Shown: one piece after another, positions 48,301 through 56,051 of the stretch
Layout of the letters: every line of letters starts with the position of its first letter
Numbering within the stretch: position 1 is the first letter of the stretch
Made by a program: the position numbers and the translations under genes
Notes under the pieces: generated by a model
Told to the model about the DNA's origin: nothing
The model's input: the letters and a program-made list of their open reading frames with translations, nothing else
Databases searched by the model: none
From: Lentisphaeraceae bacterium
GTDB lineage: Bacteria; Verrucomicrobiota; Kiritimatiellia; RFP12; DVOR01
Assembly: GCA_004555175.1 (NCBI GenBank)
Contig: SFJE01000003.1
Coordinates: forward strand, 1,914-65,913
Reading direction: 5' to 3'
DNA length: 64,000 bases

Positions 48301-49001
48301 CCTCAACTTCTGCCCCAGGCTCCACCCCCCTCTCCACCACGCTCAACCGCGAATACGCCCTGCGGCTGCTCGGCGTGGCCGTGCTCTTCATCGGCCTGAG
48401 CGGCTGGTTCCTCTATGATGGTGCGCGCGGCTACCCCGCCGAAAATGCCGCCGTCGCCCCCATCGCCGCCGAGCTCGCCCAGCAGCCCAAGACCCCGCGC
48501 GATTGGGTCAACACCGCCAAGACCGGCACCGTACCGCTCATCGATGCCTTCCAGGCGCGCGGCGTCAAGGCCCCCGGCAAGTTCGTCGACGGCTTCACCT
48601 CCTGGGTCCGCGCCGACGACCCGAAGGCCGACGACCCGAAGGCCGCCGCCGCCCTCCTCGCCCAGCCGGTCCATAGCGAGGACGACATCCGCACGCAGTT
48701 CATCTCCGCCGGGATTGGCCTCCTGGCCGCGGCCGGGCTTCTGGCGCTGCTGGCGCTACGTTGGGCCACGACCCTGCGGCTGGAGGGCGAAACCCTGGTT
48801 CAGCGGGTGGCCGGGCGCGAGCGCCGTTTCGCCTTGGCCGACCTGCACGCGCTCGATGACCGCGAGTGGGCCAAGCGCGGCATCGCCCGTGCCCGCTTCG
48901 CTGCCGGCACCGTCACACTCGATGCCTGGCACCACGCCGGCATCCGCGAAATCCACGCCCGCTTGGTCGAACTCCCCACTGCCGCCGGAGGTCAGCAATG
49001 A
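48297..49001 (+). CDS. Hypothetical membrane protein (two predicted TM helices)
   Basis: The start overlaps the decarboxylase stop (ATGA), implying translational coupling. GC3 bias is present. Confidence 0.5.
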   Translation: MTSTSAPGSTPLSTTLNREYALRLLGVAVLFIGLSGWFLYDGARGYPAENAAVAPIAAELAQQPKTPRDWVNTAKTGTVPLIDAFQARGVKAPGKFVDGFTSWVRADDPKADDPKAAAALLAQPVHSEDDIRTQFISAGIGLLAAAGLLALLALRWATTLRLEGETLVQRVAGRERRFALADLHALDDREWAKRGIARARFAAGTVTLDAWHHAGIREIHARLVELPTAAGGQQ

Positions 49002-50200
49002 AGCCTTCCACCCTGCCGCCCGAACTCTGCGAGGAGATCCGCACGCGCGTCTTCGCCCCGGGCTTTATCCGTCTGACCCAGTCGCTCGTGCGCGAGGGCA
49101 AGTCCTTCCGTATTTCCCTGCGCCCGGTGCGCCTGAAGGGCGAAACCTTTCTCCAGGCCGAGATGGTCGATGACGGCCGCACCCAGGTTCGCAACCTCAC
49201 CGAGGCCGCCGCCCGCAAGGGGCTCGACGAAATCCTCGCCCAGAGCGGCAAGCGCGACCTGCACCTCGTCTCCCGCGAGGGCGACCTCCATATCCGCGTT
49301 ACCAAGAAGGAGCGCGCGCTCGTCGCCCGCGGCAAGGCCAAGACCGCCCCCGAGGCACCCGAAGCCGCCCCCGAGCCCGAGGCGAACCACGACCGTATCA
49401 AGAAGCAGCCACTGAATAGCTTTGACTCGGCCGCGCTCCTGCGCGTGTTGGGTCTGGCCGATGAGCGTGGCGCCCTCAAGCCCTCGATGCGCGGAAAGTA
49501 CGACCAGGTCAACGCCTTGCTGCGCGCCGTCGAGCCCCTGTTGCCCCCCGAAGCGCCCGCGCGCTTCACCATTGTCGATTGCGGTTGCAGCAAGGCCTAC
49601 CTCACCCTCGCCCTCCACGCCTACCTCACCCAGGGCAAGGGCTGGCCGTGCGTCAGCACCCTGGGCATCGACCGCAATGCCGGCGTCATTGCCTCCGCCC
49701 AGAAGATGGCCACCACCCTCGGCCTGGCCCAGGAGGTTGAGTTCCGCGCCTGTGCCATTGCCGAGGCCGACTTCCCTGAGGCCCCCAACCTAGTGATGAG
49801 CTTACACGCCTGCGACACGGCTACCGACGACGCCCTCATCGCCGCCGTTCGCGCCAAGGCCCAGAGCCTCCTCTGCGTTCCCTGCTGCCAGCACGAGCTC
49901 CACCACGCCCTCGACAATGGCGGCGGAGCCATGCGCGCGCTCCTGCGCCACGGCATCCTCCGCGAGCGCCTGGCCGACCTGCTCACCGACACCTTCCGCG
50001 CCCAGGTCCTGCGCATCTGCGGCTACCGCGCCCGCGTGATGGAGTTTGTCTCGCAAGAGGCCACCGGGCGCAACATCCTCATCCGCGCCGAGCGCGGCCT
50101 GCGCCCGGGCCTAGGCGAGGCCGAAGCCGAATACCGCGCCCTATGCGACCTTTGGCAGGTGGAGCCGTATATTGGGCGAGCATTACTCGCGAGCGAGTAA
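48998..50200 (+). CDS. SAM-dependent methyltransferase (Methyltransf_32/METTL25-like)
   Basis: Motif I IVDCGCSKAYLTLAL, motif LHACDTATD, and a CC.HEL cysteine cluster. The start overlaps the upstream stop (ATGA). Confidence 0.7.
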   Translation: MKPSTLPPELCEEIRTRVFAPGFIRLTQSLVREGKSFRISLRPVRLKGETFLQAEMVDDGRTQVRNLTEAAARKGLDEILAQSGKRDLHLVSREGDLHIRVTKKERALVARGKAKTAPEAPEAAPEPEANHDRIKKQPLNSFDSAALLRVLGLADERGALKPSMRGKYDQVNALLRAVEPLLPPEAPARFTIVDCGCSKAYLTLALHAYLTQGKGWPCVSTLGIDRNAGVIASAQKMATTLGLAQEVEFRACAIAEADFPEAPNLVMSLHACDTATDDALIAAVRAKAQSLLCVPCCQHELHHALDNGGGAMRALLRHGILRERLADLLTDTFRAQVLRICGYRARVMEFVSQEATGRNILIRAERGLRPGLGEAEAEYRALCDLWQVEPYIGRALLASE

Positions 50201-50212
50201 TGCTCGCCCAAT
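50171..50212 (+). terminator. Perfect 19-bp inverted repeat hairpin (ATTGGGCGAGCATTACTCGC/GCGAGTAATGCTCGCCCAAT) containing the methyltransferase stop codon
   Basis: Direct reading. No obvious U-run follows, so it may act as a structure rather than a classical terminator. Confidence 0.5.
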
Positions 50213-50340
50213 AGCTGTTAGCTGTTAGCGGCTAGCTGTTAGCGCGCGTTCCGCGACGGATAGGCTGGAGGCGGCCCCTCACACGCCCCTTACCCGAGTT
50301 TGCCCGTCGCGGAACGCGGCTGTCCGCTGTCGGCTTGAAG
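50205..50340. repeat. Complete empty composite element: heptamers AGCTGTTAGCTGTTAGCGGCTAGCTGTTAGCG, reverse core (50245-50259), 44-bp spacer, core (50304-50318), heptamers GCTGTCCGCTGTCGGCT
   Basis: Direct reading. Confidence 0.75.
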
Positions 50341-50356
50341 CGGCGCTAGCCGCTTC

Positions 50357-51928
50357 TCACGCCAGGCGCAGGAAGATGACCTTGTGGACGGCGCGGGAGA
50401 TGGCGGTGTAGAGGGCCGGGCCGTTCCAGGCGGGGTCGTTTTCGGTAACGTCAAGCAAGATGAGGATGGGCGCCTCGAGGCCCTTAAACTTGCGGTAGGT
50501 GAAGTAGCGCAGACCGGGGAAGGCGGCGAGGAGGGGGTCGAGGTCCATCTTGGGGAGGACATGGGCGCCGAGGAGGAGGATGTCGCGCACCGGGATGGCT
50601 TGGACCTCGGTGAGCTGGCACAGGAGCGCGGCGAGGTGCTCGCGGAGCTTGGCGCGGGTGGGGAAGCGATAGTGCTCGCAGGGTTCGCCAGGTGGGGCGC
50701 TGGGGAGGATGCGCGTGGCTTCGCCGGCGTAGGGCTTGAGGAGGTCGAAGACGGTGCGGGTGTTGCGGCAGTTGGTGGTGAGCTTCGCCTCGGGCCAAGG
50801 GAAGGCAGGGATGGCCTCGAGGTTGCGCTGGAAGATGTTCTGCGCCGGGTCGTAGAAGACGATGAAGCCGCTGCGCTCGGGCACCAGGGCGGAGACGACT
50901 TGACAAAGCGCCGGGGAGAAGTCCTGCCCCTCGTCAACAATGACGCAATCGTAGGGCGAGCGCTCGGCGAAGGCCTTGGCCACGGGCACGGCATCGCGCG
51001 CGAGGGTGTGCCAGAATTCGCGCGAGCCATCATCCTGACGCCCGAGCAACTCGCAAAGCAAATCGTAGATGGCCACGGCACGGATGCGTGGCTCGGGGGC
51101 CGTGACATTGCGCAGGTGCTCGGCGAGGAGCAGATTGAAGCAGAGCAGAAGGACGCGCTTGCCCTCGGCGGCCAACTGGGCGGCGCGGCGCAGGGCCAGG
51201 AGCGTCTTGCCCGAGCCGGCGCAGCCGCGCACGCGCAGGCGGGGGAACTGCGAGAAGGCATCGAAGGCGACCGCTTGGTCCTGCGTCAGCCGAGCGAGAC
51301 TGGCATCGCTCAGGAGCCGGCGCTGACTCCAGCCCGGGCGGTAGGCCACGCGCGGGGCGAAGAGGGTGCGCAGGCGCACGCGCAGCGCTTCGCCGGCCTC
51401 GATGGAGAGTGGGGCGGGGGGCTGGAAGATGGTGGCGCGTGGGGAGGCGAAGAGGCGGCAGAAGGCCGCCTCGGGGTGCGGCAGGTCCTCAGCATAGAGG
51501 GTGATGCCCTGAAGGTCAATCGGCTCGTGCGCCGGCCGCAGGGAGAAGGGGAGCCAGACGGCGTGGCAAAGGGGCAGCGGGAAGGGGGCCACCGCGAGTT
51601 CCCGGCAGAGAATGCGCAGCAGGGCGTGGGCGTTGCGCGTGGCCTGTTCGGCGGGGGAAGCGCGCATCTTGCGGCCATTTTGGAACCACCCTTCGCGGGT
51701 GCAGAGCACCTCGCCGCCCTTCACCTCCAGCACCAAGAGTCCGTGTTGCGGGTGGAAGCAGAGGAAGTCCACTTCGCCCTCGCCCGCCGGCAGCCCCTCC
51801 TCGAGGTCCGAGTACGCCAGCGACCACCAGACGCTCCACCCCTCGGGCAAGTTCAGCTCCAGCGCCCGGAAGACGTAGCGCTCGGCCTGCGGCCCGCTAC
51901 CGAAGAAGTTAGGGATGAGTTCTGCCAT
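50357..51928 (-). CDS. NERD-domain nuclease fused to a UvrD/PcrA-like SF1 helicase ATPase
   Basis: NERD motif GEVDFLCF..GLLVLEVKGG, Walker A GCAGSGKT, motif II VIVDEGQDF, and a UvrD_C-like tail. 523 aa. Confidence 0.75.
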   Translation of the reverse strand: MAELIPNFFGSGPQAERYVFRALELNLPEGWSVWWSLAYSDLEEGLPAGEGEVDFLCFHPQHGLLVLEVKGGEVLCTREGWFQNGRKMRASPAEQATRNAHALLRILCRELAVAPFPLPLCHAVWLPFSLRPAHEPIDLQGITLYAEDLPHPEAAFCRLFASPRATIFQPPAPLSIEAGEALRVRLRTLFAPRVAYRPGWSQRRLLSDASLARLTQDQAVAFDAFSQFPRLRVRGCAGSGKTLLALRRAAQLAAEGKRVLLLCFNLLLAEHLRNVTAPEPRIRAVAIYDLLCELLGRQDDGSREFWHTLARDAVPVAKAFAERSPYDCVIVDEGQDFSPALCQVVSALVPERSGFIVFYDPAQNIFQRNLEAIPAFPWPEAKLTTNCRNTRTVFDLLKPYAGEATRILPSAPPGEPCEHYRFPTRAKLREHLAALLCQLTEVQAIPVRDILLLGAHVLPKMDLDPLLAAFPGLRYFTYRKFKGLEAPILILLDVTENDPAWNGPALYTAISRAVHKVIFLRLA

Positions 51929-51929
51929 A

Positions 51930-52112
51930 GCGTTATAGCCGACAGCGGACAGCCGACAGCGGACAAGTCCGTAGCGTTAGCGAAGGAGCTATGCCATCGA
52001 GCTGGCGCTCGATGTGGAAGGCCCGTCTGAGCCGTGAAGGGCACTCTTGCCAAGCCAACAGCCCCTCCGTCGCGGAACGCGGCTGTCCGCTGTCCGCTGT
52101 CGGCTGTCCGCT
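51930..52112. repeat. Composite repeat: heptamers GCCGACAGCGGACAGCCGACAGCGGACAAG, module GTAGCGTTAGCGAAGGAGCTATGCCATCG, spacer, core (52067-52081), heptamers GCTGTCCGCTGTCCGCTGTCGGCTGTCCGC
   Basis: Direct reading. It lies immediately upstream (5') of the NERD-helicase gene. Confidence 0.75.
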
Positions 52113-52166
52113 TGCCAGGTTATCGCACCTCATCTGCCATCGCTCCTCGGGGCTTTCGCCGGCGAA

Positions 52167-53078
52167 CTACACCTTCAGCGTGCCGCGGAAGTCGTTGATG
52201 TCGGCAATGCCGTGTGCGTCGAGCCAGGCCTCCATCCCTTCCAGGACGTGGAGGGGGGCGAGGGGGTCGATGAAGGTGGCGGTGCCGACGGCGACGGCCG
52301 TTGCGCCTACCAGGATGAAGTCGAGCGCGTCCTTGGCCGTGAAGATGCCGCCCATCGCTAGGAGGGGCACCTCGGCCACCTGCGCGGCCTCCCACACATG
52401 CTTGAGGGCGATGGGGTGGATGCCCGCGCCCGAGAGGCCGCCAACGCGGTTGGCGAGCACCGGGCGGCGCGTCTCTAGGTCCACGGCCATCGCCGGCAGG
52501 GTGTTAATGAGGGAGATTGCATTAGCCCCGGCCTCCTGGGCGGCCTTGACGAAGGGGCGCACGTCGGGCACATTGGGCGCGAGCTTGGGGAGGATGGGGA
52601 GCGTGGTGGCTTCGCGCACGGCCTTGACCACCTCGGTAAAGGTCTCCACGCGCGTGCCGAAGCTTGCCCCGCCCTCCTTGACATTGGGGCAGGAGACATT
52701 GAGCTCCAGACCGACCACGCCCGGCACACCGGTCAGCCGCGCGGCCACCTGGGCGTATTCCTCCACGCTGGTGCCCCAGATATTGACAATGGTCGGTACC
52801 TGGCGCTCGACGAGGAAGGGCATATCCTCGGCGATAAAGGCCTCGACGCCCGGCCCCTGCAGCCCGATGGCGTTCATCATCCCGCCGGGCACCTCGGTGT
52901 GGCGCGGCAAGGGGTTCCCCGGCCACGGGCACGCGCGGATTCCCTTGACCGTCACCGCGCCCAGACGCGAGATGTCGAAGAGCCCGGCATATTCCTGCCC
53001 ATACCCAAAGGTCCCCGAGGCCACGGTGACGGGATTCTTCATTTCAATCCCGCCGAGATTGACTGCCATCTTTGCCAT
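52167..53078 (-). CDS. pyrD: Dihydroorotate dehydrogenase (class 1-type catalytic subunit)
   Basis: Motifs NPV..ASGTFGYG and an FMN-binding TIM-barrel signature. The start is 53078 or 53069. Confidence 0.9.
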   Translation of the reverse strand: MAKMAVNLGGIEMKNPVTVASGTFGYGQEYAGLFDISRLGAVTVKGIRACPWPGNPLPRHTEVPGGMMNAIGLQGPGVEAFIAEDMPFLVERQVPTIVNIWGTSVEEYAQVAARLTGVPGVVGLELNVSCPNVKEGGASFGTRVETFTEVVKAVREATTLPILPKLAPNVPDVRPFVKAAQEAGANAISLINTLPAMAVDLETRRPVLANRVGGLSGAGIHPIALKHVWEAAQVAEVPLLAMGGIFTAKDALDFILVGATAVAVGTATFIDPLAPLHVLEGMEAWLDAHGIADINDFRGTLKV

Positions 53079-53097
53079 TGCTGCGCCTCCTGCTTAA

Positions 53098-53589
53098 TTA
53101 GCCGCGCGCGAAGCGGTCGAGGACGCCGTTGACGAAGGCTCCGGCCTCTTCGTTGGAGAAGTACTTGGCCAACTCGATGGCCTCGTTGATGACCACCGGG
53201 GCGGGGGTCTTCAGCGTGCGAATCTCATAGGCGGCCAGGCGCAACACGCAGCGCTCGATCACGCCCAGGCGGTCGAAGCTCCAGTGCTCGCAGAAGGGGA
53301 CCAGCTGCGCGTCGAGCGCATCGAGCTGGGCGAGGGTGCCGCGGACGAGCTGCTCGGTGAACTCACGCACGCCGGTGGAAGCCAGGCGCTCGCCCGGCTG
53401 GAGGGCGCGCTCCATCTCGTCAAGGTCGTCATCCTCCTTGCCGGCGGCCTCCTGGCGGCAGCTCCACTGCTGTTCCCAAAAGTGGGCGAGGATCATCTCG
53501 GGCTTGGCAAAGGGGTTCAGGTCGGCCTGGACAATCATCTGCAAGGCCCACTCGCGGGCTTTGTGGCGGCGGTTTGTCGGCGGCTTCAT
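53098..53589 (-). CDS. nusB: Transcription antitermination factor NusB
   Basis: ATG 53589 (MKPPTNRRHKAREWALQ..) within the longer ORF. NusB helical signature. Located immediately downstream of ribH as usual. Confidence 0.85.
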   Translation of the reverse strand: MKPPTNRRHKAREWALQMIVQADLNPFAKPEMILAHFWEQQWSCRQEAAGKEDDDLDEMERALQPGERLASTGVREFTEQLVRGTLAQLDALDAQLVPFCEHWSFDRLGVIERCVLRLAAYEIRTLKTPAPVVINEAIELAKYFSNEEAGAFVNGVLDRFARG

Positions 53590-53590
53590 C

Positions 53591-54085
53591 TCACTTCTCC
53601 TCTTGGGGCAGGCTCTTGCCGAGCAAGTTAGCCATCTCGATAGCGGCGCAGGTGGTGTCGTAGCCCTTATTGCCGGCCTTGGAGCCCGAGCGCTCGAGCG
53701 CCTGGTCGAGCGAGTGGGCGCAGACGATGCCATTGAGCACCGGGATGCCGCTCTCGAGCCCCAGCTGCGCCAGCGCGCGCGCCACGGAGGTGTTAATCAG
53801 CATCGCGTGGTCGGTGGCGCCATCAATCACCGCGCCCAAGGCCACCACCGCGTCCGGCCGCCCGGCAAAAATCGGCCGCGCGAGGAGCGCCTTGACGGCC
53901 AGGGGGATTTCATTGGCGCCGGGCACGCGCACCACGGCCAGGTCCTTCTCCACATCCAGCCCGTGCCGCCGGGCCGCATCCAATGCCCCCTGCAGCAACT
54001 GCTCGGTAAAGACCGAATTAAAGCGGCTGACCACCACTGCCAAGCGCAGACCCTGCGCCGAGAGGTTGCCCGAATACTCTTTCAT
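53591..54085 (-). CDS. ribH: 6,7-dimethyl-8-ribityllumazine synthase
   Basis: Motif LAVVVSRFN, 164 aa. Confidence 0.9.
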   Translation of the reverse strand: MKEYSGNLSAQGLRLAVVVSRFNSVFTEQLLQGALDAARRHGLDVEKDLAVVRVPGANEIPLAVKALLARPIFAGRPDAVVALGAVIDGATDHAMLINTSVARALAQLGLESGIPVLNGIVCAHSLDQALERSGSKAGNKGYDTTCAAIEMANLLGKSLPQEEK

Positions 54086-54121
54086 TGCTCTTCGTCCTTT
54101 CTGCTAAATCCGTGACCCTGC

Positions 54122-55342
54122 TTAGAGCAGGTGGCCCATCTTGGTCTTCTTGGTTTCCAGGTAGTGCGCGTTGAAGGGGCCGGCGTGGGCCACAATCGGC
54201 ACGCGCTCGACGATCTCCAGCCCGTGACCGGCCAGGCCAACGACCTTCTGCGGGTTGTTGGTGAGCAGGCGCAGCCGCCGCAGCCCCAGCGCGCTCAAAA
54301 TCTGCGCCCCGATGCCGTAGTCGCGCAGGTCCGGGGCAAAGCCCAGGCGGACATTCGCCTCCACCGTGTCGCACCCCTGCTCCTGCAGGCGGTAGGCGTG
54401 GAGCTTATTGGCCAGACCAATCCCCCGCCCCTCCTGGCGCATATAGAGCAAACACCCGCGCCCCTCGTCGGCAATCTGCTGCATCGCCGCGTGCAGCTGC
54501 CAACCGCAGTCGCACCGCGCGCTCCCAAAGACATCCCCCGTCAAACACTCGCTGTGAACGCGCACCAGCGGTGCGGGACCCTCGGTGCCGGTCAGGTCGC
54601 CCATCGTCAGGGCCAAGTGTTCGAGCCCATCGAGCGCGCTGCGGAACATCGTCAGGCGGAAGTGGCCAAAGGCCGTCGGCAAATCCACGCTCTCCACCCG
54701 CTCGACCAGCTGCTCGTGCGCCTTGCGGTAAGCAATCAGCTGCTCCACCGAACAGAGTTTCAGCCCGTGCTTACGGGCAAAGGGCACCAGGTCCGGCAGC
54801 CGCGCCATCGTGCCATCTTCCTTGGTGATCTCGCAGCAAATACCCGCCGGCTTGAAGCCCGCCAAGCGCGCCAGATCCACCGTCGCCTCCGTATGGCCCG
54901 CGCGCACCAGCACGCCCCCCTCCCGTGCGCGGAGCGGGAAGGTGTGGCCCGGCGAGACCCAGTCCGCCGCCGTGCTCTGCCCATCAACAAGCAGCCGCAC
55001 CGCCTTGGCGCGATCCTCCGCGGAAATTCCCGTCGTCACCCCCAAATGCGCCGCCCCATCAATACTCAGCGTAAAGGCCGTGGCAAAGGCATCGCCCCGG
55101 TTCACGCTCGGGGCCAAGGCAATCCCCAGCCGGTCCAACAACTCCCCCGCGCACGGCGCGCACAACAGCCCGCGCGCCTCGCGAATGCAAAAGTTCACCG
55201 CTTCGGCCGTCACGCACTCAGCGGGCATCACCAGGTCGCCCTCGTTCTCCCGGTTCGCGTCGTCAGTAATCACCACAAAGCGCCCGGCCTTCAATTCCGC
55301 CAGACACGCCTCAATGCTGTCGAAGACAATCTCCTCAGCCAT
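54122..55342 (-). CDS. ribBA: Bifunctional DHBP synthase / GTP cyclohydrolase II
   Basis: RibB motifs (VITDDANRENEGDLV) and RibA motifs (CxCxxxxC zinc site CDCGWQ, RLLTNNP). ATG 55342 (MAEEIV..) is preferred inside the ORF that opens at 55402, because the riboswitch lies upstream of it. Confidence 0.9.
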   Translation of the reverse strand: MAEEIVFDSIEACLAELKAGRFVVITDDANRENEGDLVMPAECVTAEAVNFCIREARGLLCAPCAGELLDRLGIALAPSVNRGDAFATAFTLSIDGAAHLGVTTGISAEDRAKAVRLLVDGQSTAADWVSPGHTFPLRAREGGVLVRAGHTEATVDLARLAGFKPAGICCEITKEDGTMARLPDLVPFARKHGLKLCSVEQLIAYRKAHEQLVERVESVDLPTAFGHFRLTMFRSALDGLEHLALTMGDLTGTEGPAPLVRVHSECLTGDVFGSARCDCGWQLHAAMQQIADEGRGCLLYMRQEGRGIGLANKLHAYRLQEQGCDTVEANVRLGFAPDLRDYGIGAQILSALGLRRLRLLTNNPQKVVGLAGHGLEIVERVPIVAHAGPFNAHYLETKKTKMGHLL

Positions 55343-55375
55343 CGCTCGCTTCCTCTCCCTCGCTGCCGAGGGTGG

Positions 55376-55500
55376 CCTTTCGCACTTCCATCCGGACTTC
55401 ACCGTCGGCCGCGGACTTCCACCGCGTCAAGCGCACCACCCGGCGCGCGTCGTGGGCTATACCACCGGTAGGGCCAAGGCCCTCCCTGCACGAAAGCGCG
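55376..55500 (-). ncRNA. FMN riboswitch (RFN element) leader of ribBA-ribH-nusB
   Basis: The minus-strand sequence matches RFN conserved blocks: AGGGCCTTGGCCCTACCGGTGGTATAGCCCACGA...GGTGGAAGTCCGCGGCCGACGGTGAAGTCCGGATGGAAG. It ends ~30 nt before the ribBA SD. Confidence 0.75.
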
Positions 55501-55502
55501 CG

Positions 55503-55540
55503 CATTATAGCATAAACCCTTGCGCTGCGTAAGGTGCGCC
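55503..55540 (-). promoter_or_regulatory. Candidate rib operon promoter (-10 TATAAT, weak -35 TTACGC) just upstream of the riboswitch
   Basis: Minus-strand reading: CTTACGCAGCGCAAGGGTTTATGCTATAATGCG. Confidence 0.4.
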
Positions 55541-55769
55541 GAGACACCCTTATCCCGGATTTCCTCAGGGATCGAAGGATGAGGGGGTTAGGCCTTCGAT
55601 TTAGAAGGAGAAGTTGGGAATAGATGACGCCCAGTGCTCACCGTCGTGCACATAAGGGCCGCCGTAGCGTACCGAAATGGCCGCGTCTGGTTGCCGAAAA
55701 CATCATCCTGCAAGGGCTTAACCGTGCAAAGCATGATTGCCATATTCGTGCCCATAGGGAGCTCCTTTC

Positions 55770-55912
55770 GTTTGGTGTCAACCGCTATTGTAGAGGAAAG
55801 TGAAAAGTCTCCCTATTTTTCCCCTTCCCGAGATTTATTTTTCCCTACTGCTCATTGGCCTCGTTCACTATTGGGGATAATTTATCCCAGAAATTTCCGG
55901 GATAAGGTGCCG
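55770..55912. repeat. Left terminal inverted repeat of the McrBC cassette. Its inner end carries a 24-bp palindrome TTATCCCAGAAATTTCCGGGATAA (55882-55905)
   Basis: Direct reading. Confidence 0.7.
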
Positions 55913-55945
55913 CGTTACTTACCTAATTGTTCTATGCTATAATTC
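55910..55945 (+). promoter_or_regulatory. mcrB promoter (-10 TATAAT at 55937-55942) with SD AGGAGG 8 nt before the ATG
   Basis: AT-rich canonical signals that contrast with the host regions. Confidence 0.5.
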
Positions 55946-56051
55946 GTCCATCAAGCAGAAAGTACTTGTCAGCACTGTTCCAACTGCACTTGTTGCACTG
56001 GAAATTGGCTAGCGGGGCCGAAAAGAAGACCGCAAGAGGAGGCATCTAATT

